DNA of 64,000 nucleotides from NCBI GenBank assembly GCA_030390025.1, contig JASTWF010000035.1, positions 2,480,001-2,544,000 of the forward strand. The letters run 5' to 3'. The position numbers were made by a program, and so were the translations under genes. The notes below the pieces were generated by a model. It ran no database searches and was not told the origin of the DNA. It saw only the letters and a list, made by a program, of their open reading frames with translations. The DNA comes from Squalus acanthias. Taxonomy: Eukaryota. Below, one piece after another: positions 23,428 through 36,095 of this stretch. Positions within the stretch are counted from its first letter, which is position 1. Each line of letters begins with the position of its first letter.

Positions 23428-24230
23428 ATAGATAGTACATACTGCAGCCATGTTGCACCGGTGGTGGAGGGAGTGAATGTTTAAGGTGGTGGATGGTGTG
23501 CCGAGCAGCTTTGTCCTGAATGGTGTCGAGCTTCTTGAGTGTTGTTGGAGCTGCACTCATCCAGGCAAGTGGAGAGTATTCCATCACACTCCTTACTTGT
23601 GCCCTGTAGATGGTGGAAAGGCTTTGGGGAGTCAGGAGGTGAGACACTCGCCGCAGAATACCCAGCCTCTGACCTGCTCTTGTTGCCACAGTATTTATGT
23701 GGCTGGTCCAGTTAAGCTTCTGGTCAATGGTGACCCCCAGGATGTTGATGGTGGGGGATTCGGCGATGGTAATGCCGTTGATTGTCAAGGGGCGGTGGTT
23801 AGAATCTCACTTGCTGGAGGTAGTCATTGCCTGGCTCTTGTGTGGCACAAATGTTACTTGCCACTTATCAGCTTAAGCCTGAATGTCTTGCTGCATTTGG
23901 GCATGGAGTGCTTCATTATCTGTGGAGTTGCGAATGTAACTGAACACTGTGCAATAATCAGCAAACATCCCCACTTCTGACCTTATGATGGCAGGAAGGT
24001 CATTGATGAAGCAGCTGAAGATGGTTGGGCCTAGGACACTGCCCTGAGGAATTCCTGCAGCGATATCCAGGGGCTGAGATGATTTACCTCCAACAACTAC
24101 AACCATCTTCCATTGTGCTAGGTATGACTCCAGCCGGTGGAGAGTTTTTCCCCTGATTCCCATTGACTTCAATTTTAATAGGGCTCCTTAATGCCACACT
24201 CGGTCAAATGCTGCCTTGATGTCAAGGGCA
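23428..24230 (-). mobile_element. LINE-B RT fragment
   Basis: ORFs 23426-23788 and 23873-24172. Confidence 0.9.
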
Positions 24231-24232
24231 GA

Positions 24233-25535
24233 CCAAGTACATATCCAAGTACTTTTTAAATATGATGAGCGTTTCTGCCTCTACCACTTTTTCAGGCAGT
24301 AAGTTCCAGACACCCACCACCCTCTGGGTGAAAAACTTCTCCTCAACTCCCCTCTAATCCTTCTACCAATTACAGGAAACTCTTTATTAACCGGCACCGA
24401 CGGGACCGGCGTGGTGCCGGTTAATCAAAAAGTCCGGATAATGGAGAGTTATATCTCCCAACGTACGAGAGCCCCGTACACATTGACATGCGCCTGCATT
24501 CGGAGCGCCGTCTCCCCGGGGACCGCCAGCTGACCATCTGTCGTGTCCGCTGCCTACCCGGGCTGCACATTCCCCTCCCAATTTACACGCTCCGATACAA
24601 GGCAAACGCCTCGGGGTTTTTTTTTAAGTTAATTTTAAATGAGAGATGAAGGAAAACCCCGGTTACCTACTCAAGAATTTTGCCGGTTAAGAGAGATTTC
24701 CGGATATTTGGGTGCCGGTTAATAAAGAGTTTCCTGTATTTTAAATCTATGCCCCCTTGTTATTGACCTCTCTGCTAGGGGAAATAGGTCGTTCCTATCC
24801 ACTCTATCGAGGCCTCTCATAATTTTATACATCTCAATTAAATCTCCCCTCAGCCTCCTCTGTTCCAAAGAAAACAACCCCAGCCTATCCAATCTTTCCT
24901 CATAGCTAAAATTCTCCAGTCCTGGCAACATCCTCGTAAATCTCCTCTGTACCCTCTCTAGTGCAATCACATCTTTCCTGTAATGTGGTGACCAGAACTG
25001 TACACAGAACTCTAGCTGTGGTCTAACTCGTGTTTTATACAGTTCAAGCATAACCTCGCTCGTCTTTTATTCTATGCCTCAGCTAATAAAGTCAAGCATT
25101 CCGTATGCCTTCTTAACCACCTTATCTGCCTGTCCTGCTACCTTCAGGGATCCGTGGACATGCACTCCAAGGCCCCTCTACACTTCAGTGTCCTACCATT
25201 TATAGTGTATTCCCCTGCCTTATTAGCCCTCCCTAAACGCATTACCTCACACTTCTCCGGATTGAATTGCATTTGCCACTGTTCTGCCCACCTGACCAGT
25301 CCATTGATATCTTCGTCCAGTCTGCAGCTTTCTTCCTCACTATCAACCACATGGCCAATTTATGTATCATCTGCAAACTTCTTAATCATGCCCCATACAT
25401 TGAACTCTAAATCATTGATGTATATCACAAAAAACAATGGACCTAGTACTGAGCTCTGTGGAACCCCATTGGAAACAGCTTTCCAGTCACAAAAACATCC
25501 GTGGACCATTAACCTTTGCTTCCTGCCACTGAGCC
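24233..25535 (-). mobile_element. CR1 3' fragment (internally deleted) hosting a Tc1/mariner-type MITE
   Basis: ORFs 24719-25051 and 25144-25350. Confidence 0.88.
24373..24736. mobile_element. Tc1/mariner (pogo/Tigger-like) MITE, 364 bp
   Basis: Perfect 26-bp TIRs caggaaactctttattaaccggcacc, TA TSD on both sides, internal subterminal copies of ccggttaa. Confidence 0.92.
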
Positions 25536-25808
25536 ATTTAATAAAATTCGTGAACGGAAAAAAGCAATTTTTCTAACGGAGATCAAGCCAGATGTCTACG
25601 TAACATTGACAAACCTACTCGCGCCAGCGAAAGGGAAGAATGCATCGTTTGAAGACATTGTCGCGAAACTCGAGGACCATTTTGACCTAAAGCCGTTAGA
25701 AATAGCAGTGAGCTATAGGTTTGGTACCAGAAACCAAAAACAAAGTGAAACCATCAGTGAGTACATTGTAGCTCTTAAAAACCTGTCTTTGCATTATAAC
25801 ATCGGCAC

Positions 25809-28669
25809 ATAGAAAAGCAGAGTATTTTTTAAATGGTGAGATATTGGGAAATGTTGGTGTTCAGAGGGACCTGGGTGTCCTTGTACACGAATCACTGAAA
25901 GTTAACATACAGGTACAGCAAGCAATTAGGAAAGCAAATGGTATGTTGGCCTTTATTACAAGAGGATTTGAGTATAAGAGTAAATACATCTTACTACAGT
26001 TGTACAGGGCCCTGGTGAGACAACACCTGGAGTATTGTGTACAGTTTTGGTCTCCTTACCTAAGGAAGGATATACTTGCCATAGAGGTAGGGCAATGAAG
26101 GTTCACCAGACTGATTCCTGGGATGGGGGATATTGTCCTATGAGGAGAGATTGAGTAGACTAGGCCTGTATTCTCTCGAGTTTCGAAGAATGAGAGGTGA
26201 TCTCATTGAAACATATATAATTCTTACAAGGCTTGACAGGTGAAAGGATTCGCAAAATTTCATGTGCTCCCCCCCCCCCCCGAAGATTTTTGTTGTTGGA
26301 CTTATTAATAAAGAAACCCTGGTCAGACTGAGTTTTAAAATCCAGGGCATAAAATGGCTGCGGTCGGACCTCGTGACCGAGAGCCTGGCAGTTTCATTTC
26401 AGACGCTGGGAAGCCATCAGCTCGTGTATTCCGATGTCTGCAACAGGACAGGACCTTTCCTTATGCATTACAATCAGGTCTATGCATAAGGCTTTCAAGG
26501 TGTTTGCTCAAGTAATCGGCGGGGACATTGAGACGGGGCTGGGCCCATCAACGGAACTGTTCTGGACAATCATCCAACCTGTCGAACAATAGGGTGGCAG
26601 TTGAAGAACTGGTATCACACCATTACCAGCCATCTAACATGATGGGCCGAGACCAGTACCTTTTGTTAAAATTCATCATGCCCAGATCAGACAATAGAAA
26701 TGAGCTGATCGGTAGGAAGATTAGGGCGACCGGAGGGGTATAACTGGGAAGACCCAGCCATTTTTCTCTCTCTCTGCCTGGACCCTCGGTTCGCTCTGTC
26801 TGCTGGCCAGCAGCCCAGAAAGAAGACTTCCAGAAACGCCACGTGTCGACGGCAGAAACAGAGCACAGGGCCAGGTTTTTCCATCCATTTCAACGGTGAC
26901 CATTATCTTCTGGCTGTCGCAAGACAATTCTAGTTAGGCATAAGGGTGGGGATTAATGGGGATATTGCTAAAATTGTAATTTTAGGATTTTCCCTCGATG
27001 TGTCCGTTCTCTTCCCATGCTAAGTGTAAAACCGTCTTCATATGATACTGTTTCTCTGTAGTTTTACTTCTGTAAATAAACATTGGTTTTCCTCGCACCA
27101 ATCCACGAGTCTGTTCGTTTGTCCTTATTGCCGCTCGATAAGTCCTGGGCTCAGAACTAATAATAAGGGTTAGCGATTCGCAACCGCACAGCGGGCAGTC
27201 AAGTTCAGGAAAACATAACTGGCTGACCTACAAATAAGCCCGAGACAAAAACCCCTTACAGAAATCTTCAAGCAAGTTTAAGTCTCCACAGGGGGGACTG
27301 AAAGGATTCGCAAAATTTCATGTGTTCCCCCCCCGAAGATTTTTGTTGTTGGACTTATTAATAAAGAAACCCTGGTCAGACTGAGTTTTAAAATCCAGGG
27401 CATAAAATGGCCGCGGTCAGGCCTCGTGACCGAGAGCCTGGCAGTTTCATTTCAGATGCTGGGAAGCCATCAGCTTGTGTATTCCGATGTCTGCAACAGG
27501 AAGTTACCTTTCCTTATGCATTACAATCAGGTCTATGCATAAGGCTTTCAAGGTGTTTGCTCAAGTAATCAGCGGGGACATTGAGACGGGGCTGGGCCCA
27601 TCAACGGAACTGTTCTGGACAATCATCCAACCTGTCGAACAATAGGGGGGCAGTTGAAGAACTGGTATCACACCATTACCGGCCATCTAACATGATGGGC
27701 CGAGACCAGTACCTTTTGTTAAAATTCATCATGCCCAGATCAGACAATAGAAATGTGCTGATCAGTAGGAAGATTAGGGCGACCAGGAGGGGGTGTAACT
27801 GGGTAGACCCAGCCATTTTCTCGCTCTCTCTGCCTGGACCCTCGGTTCGCTCTGTCTGCTGGCCAGCAGCCCAGAAAGAAGACTGCCAGAAACGCCACGT
27901 GTCGACGGCAGAAACAGAGCACAGGGCCAGGTTTTTCCATCCATTTCAACGGTGACCATTATCTTCTGGCTGTCGCAAGACAATTCTAGTTAGGCATAAG
28001 GGTGGGGATTAATGGGGATATTGCTAAAATTGTAATTTTAGGATTTTCCCTCGATGTGTCCGTTCTCTTCCCATGCTAAGTGTAAAACCGTCTTCATATG
28101 ATACTGTTTCTCTGTAGTTTTACTTCTGTAAATAAACATTGGTTTTCCTCGCACCAATCCACGGGTCTGTTCGTTTGTCCTTATCGCCGCTCGATAAGTC
28201 CTGGGCTCAGAACTAATAATAAGGGGATAGCGATTCGCAACCGCACAGCGGGCAAGGACAGTCCAGGAAAACATAACTGGCTGACCCACAAATAAGCCCG
28301 AGACAAAAAACCCCTTACACAGGGTAGATTCAGGGAGGATGTTTCCCATGGCTGGGGAGTCTAGAACCAGGGATTACAGTCTCAGAATAAGGGGTCGGCC
28401 ATTTAGGACTGAGATGAGGAGAAATGTCTTCACTCAATGGGTGGTGAATCTTTGGAATTCTCTACCCCAGAGGGCTGTGGAGGCTCAGTCATTGAGTATA
28501 TTCAAGATAGAGATCGATAGATTTTTGGATATTAAGGGAATCAAGGGATATGGGGATAGTGCAGGAAAGTGGAGATGAGGTAGAAGATCAGCCATGATCT
28601 TATTGAATGGTGGAGCAGGCTCGAGGGGCCGAATGCCCTACTCCTGCTCCTATTTCTTATGTTCTTATG
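25809..28669 (+). mobile_element. CR1 3' fragment (25809-26240 plus 28324-28669) hosting the LTR pair
   Basis: ORFs 25844-26098 and 28339-28578 are contiguous once the LTR insertion is removed; tail ttcttatg. Confidence 0.9.
26241..28319 (+). mobile_element. ERV-like element reduced to LTR (26241-27260), 38-bp spacer with polypurine tract (PPT), and LTR (27299-28319)
   Basis: Two near-identical ~1020-bp TG...CA repeats with AATAAA in each, aggggggac just before the second LTR, and 4-bp TSD cagg (26237-26240, 28320-28323). Confidence 0.9.
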
Positions 28670-29267
28670 TAGCGAGCTACAGCAACAGGCCAACTCTCAT
28701 GGGCAAAGACTGGTTGAGAAAATTAAAACTGGACTGGAGAAACATCTTCAGTGTAGATGCTTCAAAGAAGCGGCTCTACACAATGCTGAACAAGTACGAA
28801 AGCATGTTCACAGACAGTTAATGGGGCATCACTGCGTATGACGCGCATATCCGCATCAAGTCCAGCGCGAAGCCTGTCTATTGTAAGGCAAGGCCGGTCT
28901 CCTATGCATTGGAAAGTCAGGTGGAGGAAGAGCTCGCGAAGCTCAGGGAGAACAGAATGCTAGTAAAATCTGACAAACGTGAATGGGCTACCCCGATTGT
29001 GAAAGTGCCCAAAGCAGACAAAACTGTACACTTGTGCGGTGACTACAAAGTTACTATCAACCAAGCAGTTGACGATGACCGGTACCCATTACCTACATCG
29101 CAAGATTTGTATACAGCAGTCTCTGGGTCACAGCTCTTCTCCCAGCTTGACCTGTCGCACGCTTACGCTCAGCTGAATGTTGACAAAAAGAGTCAACAGT
29201 TTCTCGCCATCAACACACACATGGGACTGTACTGATACACCAAGCTGCCGTATGGTGTAAAGTCCTC

Positions 29268-29552
29268 TCTTCTCATCCGTCTTTCGGATGAGACGTTAAA
29301 CCGAGGCCCCGTCTGCTCTCTCAGGTGGACGTAAAAGATCCCTTGGCACTATTTCGAAGAAGAGCAGGGGAGTTATCCCTGGTGTCCTGGTCAATATTTA
29401 TCCCTCAATTGCTGTGCGCAAATTGGCTGCCGCGTATCCCACATTACAACAGTGACTACACTCCAAAAGTACTTCATTGGCTGTAAAGCGCGTTGAGATG
29501 TCCGGTGGTCATGAAAGGTGCTGGAGAAATGCAAGTATTTCTTTCTTTCCAC
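29268..29552 (+). mobile_element. DeuSINE (SacSINE1/AmnSINE1-like), 5'-truncated
   Basis: ggatgagacgttaaaccgaggccccgtctgc...aagatccc..ggcactatt...aatatttatccctcaa...caaattggctgcc...gcaagtatttctttc. Confidence 0.85.
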
Positions 29553-30142
29553 TTTTCTCTCCCCAAATCTTCCAGGCTATGAGGGATCAGATTTTGCAAG
29601 GAGTTCCAAATTGCTTATGCAATGAAGATGATGTGCTGATCGCAACAAGCAGCAACGAAGAAGGAGGCATTGCTGGATCTGGTTCTGGGGAATAAGGTGG
29701 GTCAAGTGGAGCAAGTGTCAGTAGGGGAACATTTAGGGAACAGTGATCATAGTATCATAAGGTTTAGATTAGCTGTGGAAAAGGACAGGGAGCAATCTAG
29801 AGTAGAAATGGAGGAAGGCCAATTACAGTGGGTTGAGAACGGATCTGGCCCGGGTAAATTGGAATCAAAGACTGGCAGGCAAAACTGTAATCGAACAATG
29901 GGCTGCCTTTAAAGAGGAGATGGTTCAGGTACAGTCGAGGTATATTCCCACGAGGAGGAAAGGTAGGACAACCAAAGTCAGAGCTCCCTGGATGACGAAA
30001 GAGATAGAGAATAAGATGAAGCAGAAAAAGGGGGCCTATGACAGATGTCAGGTTGAGAATACAAGTGAGAACCAGGCTGAAGATAGAAAGTTCAGTGGGG
30101 AAGTGAAAAAGAAAGTTAAGAAGGGCAAAGAGAGAATATGAG

Positions 30143-31335
30143 AATAGAAACATAGAAGATAGGAGCAGGAGTAGGCCATTCGGCCCCTTTAGCCTGCTCC
30201 GCCATTCAATGCGATCAAGGCTGATCATCCAAATTCAGAACCCTGTCCCTGCTTTCTCCCCATATCCCTTGATCCCTTTAGCCTTAAGAAATATATCTAA
30301 CTCCTTCTTGAATATTTTTAATGAATTGGCTCTACTGCCTTCTGTGGTAGAGAATTCCACAGGTTCACCACTCTCTGGGTGAAGAAATTCCTTCTCATTT
30401 CTGTCCTAAATGGCTTACCCCTTATCCTTAGACTGTGACCCCTGGTTCTGGACTCCCCGACCATCGGGAACATTCTTCCTGCATCTAGTCTGTCCAGTCC
30501 TTTCAGAATTTTATAAGTTTCAATGAGATCCCCTCTCATTCTTCTAAACTCCAGCGAGTATAAGCCCAATCGACCCAATCTCTCCTCATACTTCATTCCT
30601 GCCATCCCAGGTATCAGCCTGGTGAATCTTCGCTGAACTCCTTCCATGGCAAGAACCTCCTTCCTCAGATAAGGCGACCAAAACTGCACACAATACTCAA
30701 GATGTGGTCTCACCAAGGCCCTGTACAACTGCAGCAAGACATCCTTGTTCCTGTACTCAAACCCTCTCGCCTGCTGCACCTGCATGCTTACCTTCAGCGA
30801 CTGGTGCACAAGGACACCCAGGTCCTGTTGCACTTCCCCTTCTCCCAATCTATTGCCATTCAGATAATAATCTGCCTTCCTGTTTTTGACACCAAAGTGG
30901 ATAACCTCGCATTTATCCACGTTATATTGCATCTGCCATGCTTCTGCCCAATCACCCAACCTGTCCAAATCATCCTGGAGTTTCTCGGCATCCTCCTCAC
31001 AGCACACATGCCCATCCAGCTTTGTGTCATCTGCAAACTTGGAGATATTACATCTAGTTCCCTTGTCTAGATCATTGATATATATTGTGAATAGCTGGGG
31101 TCCTAGCACCGATCCCTGCGGTACCCCACTAGTCACTGCCTGCCACTCGGAAAAAGACCCGTTTATTCCAACTCTTTGCTTCCTGTCTGCCAACTAGTTC
31201 TCTATCCAAACCAGTACCTTGCCCCCAATCCCATGTGCCTTAACTTTACACGCTAATCTCTTATGTGGGACCTTATCGAAAGCCTTTTGAAAGTCCAAAT
31301 ACACCACATCCACTGGTTCTCCCTTATCTATTTTA
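30143..31335 (-). mobile_element. CR1 3' half
   Basis: ORF 30318-31193 (RT with an in-frame ~10-codon deletion) plus 3' tail. Confidence 0.92.
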
Positions 31336-31489
31336 CCATCTATAGATTGGCAGCTAACATAAAAGGGAATTCAAAAGTCTTCTATCAGCATATAAATAAT
31401 AAACGGGTAGTAAGAGGAGGGGTGGGGCCGATTAGGGACCAAAAAAAGAGACCTACACATAAAAGAAAGAAAGACTTACATTTAAACAC

Positions 31490-31900
31490 ATTGGGTACGG
31501 TAGCATGGTGGTTATGTCACTGGATGAGTAATCCAGAGGTTTGGACTAATGATCCGAGAGACCTGAGTTCAAATCCCACTACGGCAGCTGGGGAATTTAA
31601 ATTAATTTAATACATTTTTAAAATTTAGAATTAAAAAGCTAGTATCAGTAATGGTAACCATGAAACTACCGGATTGTTGTAAAAACCCATCTGGTTCACT
31701 AATGTCCTTTAGGAAGGAAATCTGCTGTCCTTACCTGGTCTGGCCTATATGTGACTCCAGACCCACAACAATGTGGATGACTGTCCTCTGAAATGGCCTA
31801 GCAAACCACTCAGTTGTATAAGGCAGCTCAGCACCTCCTTCTCTAGGGCAATTAGGGATGGGCAATAAATGCCGGCGATGCCCACATCCTGTGAACGAAT
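31490..31900 (+). mobile_element. tRNA-derived SINE with a LINE-B 3' tail
   Basis: A-box-like tagcatggtgg and B-box gagttcaaatccc. The 3' end gggcaattagggatgggcaataaatgc...cccacatcc matches the LINE-B end. Partial copies at ~40826-40915 (+), ~61130-61425 (-) and ~62140-62210 (-). Confidence 0.8.
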
Positions 31901-32958
31901 ATAACAGGCAGAGGGAATGGCTGAGGTGCTAAATGAGTACTTTGCATCTGTCTGCACCAAGGAAGAAGATGCTGCCAAAGTCATAGTGAAAGAGGAGGTA
32001 GTGGAGATACTGGATGAGATAAAAATTGATAAAGTGGAGGTACTAGAAAGGCTGGCTGTACTTAAACAAGAAAGTCACTAGGACTGGATGGAATGCATCC
32101 TAGTATGCTGAGGGATGTTAAGGAGGAACTCGCGGAGGTACTGGCCATAAACGTCCAATCGTCCTTAGATACGGAGGTGGTTCAAAAAAGGGTGTAAGGA
32201 TAAACCCAGCAACTACAGGCCAGTCAGTTTAACCTCAGTAGCTTTCAGAAATGATAATCCGGGACAAAATTAACAGTCACTTGGACAAGTGTGGATTAAT
32301 TAAGGGAAGCCAGCACAGATTTGTTAAAGGCAAATCGTGTTTAACTGACCTGATTGAGTCTTTTGACGAGGTAACAGAGAGAGTTGATGAGGGCAATGCG
32401 GTTGACGTGGTGTACATGGACTTCCAAAAGGCGTTTGATAAAGTGCCACATAATAGGCTAGCCAGCAAAGTTGAAGCCCCTGGAATAAAAGGGACAGTGG
32501 CAGCATGGATACGAAATTGGCTAAGTGACAGGAAACAGAGAGTAGTGGTGAACGGTTGTTTATCGGACTGGAGGAAGGTATACAGTGGTGTTCCCCAGGG
32601 GTCGATAGTAGGACCACTGCTTTTCTTGATATATATTAATAACTTGGACTTGGGTGTACCAGGCACAATTTCAAAATTTGCAGATGACACAAAACTTGGA
32701 GGTATTGTGAACAGTGAGGAGAATAGTGACAGACTTCAAGAGGACACAGACAGGCTGGTGGAATGGGTGGACACGTGGCAGATGAAATGTAACGCAGAAA
32801 AGTACAAAGTGATACATTTTGGTAGGAAGAACGAGGAGAGGCAATATAAACTAAAGGGTACAATTCTAAAGTGGGTGCATGAACAGAGAGACTTGGGGGT
32901 ATATTTGCACAAATCGTTGAAGGTGGCAAGGCAGGTTCAGAAAGCGGTTAAAAAAGCT

Positions 32959-35630
32959 TACAGGAAAGATAGGGAAGGAAAAATAGGAGGTGGTGTGGCA
33001 GTATTGGTTAAGGAGAATGTACAGTGCTAGAGAGGGAGGATGTCCTGGAGGGGTCAAGGACAGAATCTATATGGCTAGAGTTAAGAAATAATAGAGGTGT
33101 CATTACACTACTAGGTGTATTCTATAGACCACCAAATAGTGGGAAAGATATGGAGGAGCAAATTTGCAGAGAAATTACAGAGAGATGCAAGAACAATAGA
33201 GTAGTGATAATGGGGGACTTCAACTATCCTAATATAGACTGGGATCGTAATAGTGCAAAGGGCAGAGAAGGGGAAGAATTTCTGACGTGTGTTCAGGATA
33301 ACTTTCTTGATCGGTATATTTCTGACCCGACGAGGGAAAAGGCATTGCTGGATCTAGTTCTGGGGAATGAGGTGGGTCAAGTGGAGCAAATGTCATTAGC
33401 TGAACATTTAGGGTACAGTGATCATAGTATCATAAGGTTTAGATTAGCTATGGGAAAGGACAGGGAGAAATCTAGAGTAAGAATGTTTAACTGGGGGAAG
33501 GCCAATTTCAGTGGGATGAGAACGGATCTGGCCCGGGTAAATTGGAATCAAAGATTGGCAGGCAAAACTGTAGTGGAACAATGGGCTGCCTTTAAAGAGG
33601 AAATAGTTCGGGTGCAGTCAAGGTACATTCCCACGATTCCCTGGATGATGAAACAAATAGCCAATTATGAAGCAGAAAAAGAAAAATACGCGCTCTTTTC
33701 AGATGTAAGGTTGCAAATGCATCCGAGAATCAGGCTATATATAGAAACGTCAAAGGAGAAGTGAAAAAGAAATTAAGAAGGGCAAAGAGAGGGTATGAGA
33801 ATAGAATGGCAGCCAACATAAAAGGTAATCCAAAAGTCTTCTATAGGCAAATCAATAGTTAAAGGGTAGTAAGAAGAGGCCGATTAGGGACCAAAAAGTT
33901 GAACCATGCATGGAGGCAGAGGGTATGGCTGAGGTACTAAATGAATACTTTGCATCTGTCTTCACCAAGGAAGAGGATGCTGCCATAGACATAGTGAAGG
34001 AGGAGGTAGTGGAGACACTTGATAGAATAAAAATTGATGAAGAAGTGGTATTAGAAAGGCTGGCTGTACTTAAAGTAGATAAATCACCAGGATCGGATGG
34101 GATGCATCCTAGGATGCTGAGGGAATTGAGGGTGGAAATCGCGGAGGTACTGGCCATAATATTCCAATCCTCCATAGATACGGGGGTGGTGCCAGAGGAC
34201 TGGAGAATTGCAAATGTTACACCATTGTTCAAAAAAGGGTGTAAAGATGAATCCAGCAACTACAGGCCAGTCAGGTTAACCCCGGTCGTGGGGAAGCTTT
34301 TAGAAACAGTAATCAGGGACAAAGTTAACAGTCACTTGGATAGGTGTGGATTAATTAAGGAAAGACAGCACGGATTTGTTAAAGGCAAATTGTGTTTAAC
34401 CAACTTGATCGAGTTTTTTGACAGAGAGAGTTGATGAGGGTAATGCGGTTGACATAGTGTACATGGATTTCCAAAAGGCGTTCGACAAAGTGCCACATAA
34501 TAGGCTCACCAACAAATTGAAGCCCCTGGAATAAAAGGGACAGTGGCAGCATGGATACAAAATTGGCTAAGTGACAGGAAACAGAGAGTAGTGGTGAACG
34601 GTTGTTTTTCGGACTGGAGGAAGGTATACAGTGGTGTTCCCCAGGGGTCGGTTCCAGGACTACTGCTTTTCTTGATATATATTAATGACTTGGACGTGTG
34701 TGTACAGGGCACAATCTCAAAATTTGCAGATGACACAAAACTTGGAAGTATAGTGAACAGTGAGGAGGAGAGTGATAGGCTTCAGGAAGACATAGACAGG
34801 CTGATGAAATGGGTGGACACGTTGCAGATGAAATTTAACGCAGAAAAGTGTGAAGTGATACATTTTGGCAGAAAGAATGAGGAGAAGAAATATAAACTAA
34901 ATGGTACAATATAAATGGGGCGCACGAACAGAGAGACCTGGGGGTATATGTGCACAAATCGTTGAAGGTGGCAGGGCAGGTTAAGAAAGCGGTTAAAAAA
35001 GGCTTACAGGATCCTGGGCTTCATAAATAGAGGTAGAGAGTACAAAATGTGGAAATTATGATGAACCTGTATAAAACACTGGTTCGGCCCCAATTGGAGT
35101 ACTGTGTCCAATTCTGGGCACCACACTTTAGGAAGGATGTGAAGACCTTCGAGAAGGTGCAGAAAAGATTTACGAGAATGATTCCAGGAATGAGGGACTT
35201 CAGTTACGTTGATAGACTGGAGAAGCTGGGGTTGTTCTCTTTGGAGCAGAGAAGATTTGATAGAGGTGTTCAAAATCATGAGGGGTCTGGACAGAGTAGA
35301 TAGAGAGAAACTGTTCCCATTGGTGGAAGGGTCGAGAACCAGAGGACACAGATTTAAGGTGATTGGCAAAAGAACCAAAGGCGACATGAGGAAACACTTT
35401 TTTACGCAGCGAGTGGTTAGGATCTGGAATGCACTGCATGAAAGGGTGGTGGAGGCAGATTCAATCACGGCTTTCAAAAGGGAGTTGGATAAGTACCTGA
35501 AGGAAAAAAAATTGCAGGGCTACGGGGAAAGGGCGGGGGAGTGGGACTAGCTGAAGTGCTCTTGCAGAGAGCCGGGACCGGCTCGACGTGCTGAATGACC
35601 TTCTTCCGTGCTGTTACCATTCTATGATTC
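32959..35630 (+). mobile_element. CR1 ORF2 (EN to 3' end), frameshifted
   Basis: ORFs 33024-33764, 33910-34434, 34543-34914 and 35209-35550, with an (attctatg) tail. Confidence 0.93.
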
Positions 35631-35683
35631 TAAGTTTGGTGATAGAGCCTTATTACTTTTTATATTAAGCAAGATTTACTCAC

Positions 35684-35760
35684 TTATTTCTCCTGAGATC
35701 CAGCGTTAAGTCCTCCCCATCCAGCTCCACCGAGATGCTGACATGGTTTGTATAGCTCCT
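35684..35760 (-). CDS. ADAM-family metalloprotease, prodomain exon (probable exon 3): RSYTNHVSISVELDGEDLTLDLRRN(K)
   Basis: 77-bp exon with acceptor cttctttgtgccctgcgcag and donor AA|gtgagt; phase 0 in, phase 2 out. The G-x-x-x-x-L-x-L-x-x-N motif matches the reprolysin propeptide (Pep_M12B_propep). Confidence 0.9.
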
Positions 35761-36095
35761 CTGCGCAGGGCACAAAGAAGCACTCGTTATTAGACTGCGA
35801 TTTGTTCAATGAAGCCCCAATACCATCTCGCAAGACAGAAGTTCTTTTGAAGAGTAAATGGCTGTATGAATCAATGAATACCTCCACCTTTAGGATCTCA
35901 ACAGAATTCTACTGAAGGGGTAGCTATCTCCTGTGCAGACCAGAGAATCATAGAAAAGTACAGGACACCATTCGGCCCATCTTTAGAAGAGCAATCCAGT
36001 TAGATTTAACTTAACCGATTAGGCACTTTACAGCCTTCTGGACTTAACATCGAGTTGAACAATTTCAGACCATAACCTCTGCCCCTATTTTTTTT

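Larger units (their letters stand above)
25536..29660 (+). mobile_element. Gypsy/Ty3 LTR-retrotransposon relic: gag 25536-25808; protease end and RT 28670-29266 and ~29556-29660
   Basis: Gag-like LLAPAK...RF..RNQKQSETISEYIVALK. Pol motifs LMGKDWL, WATPIV, CGDYKVTIN, FSQLDLSHAYAQL, LPYGV and PQIFQ, with stops and insertions. Confidence 0.88.
29660..32958 (+). mobile_element. Decayed CR1 ORF2, interrupted by an antisense CR1 (30143-31335) and a SINE
   Basis: ORFs 29670-29912, 29833-30141 and 32251-33030. The host rejoins at gagaataga|ttggcagc. Confidence 0.88.

Noticed and set aside
26528..28349. Short ORFs within the LTRs
   Set aside because: No gag, pol or env similarity; they are duplicated only because the LTR is duplicated.
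31490..31590. tRNA gene
   Set aside because: A/B-box-like head continues into a SINE body and LINE tail; no convincing cloverleaf.
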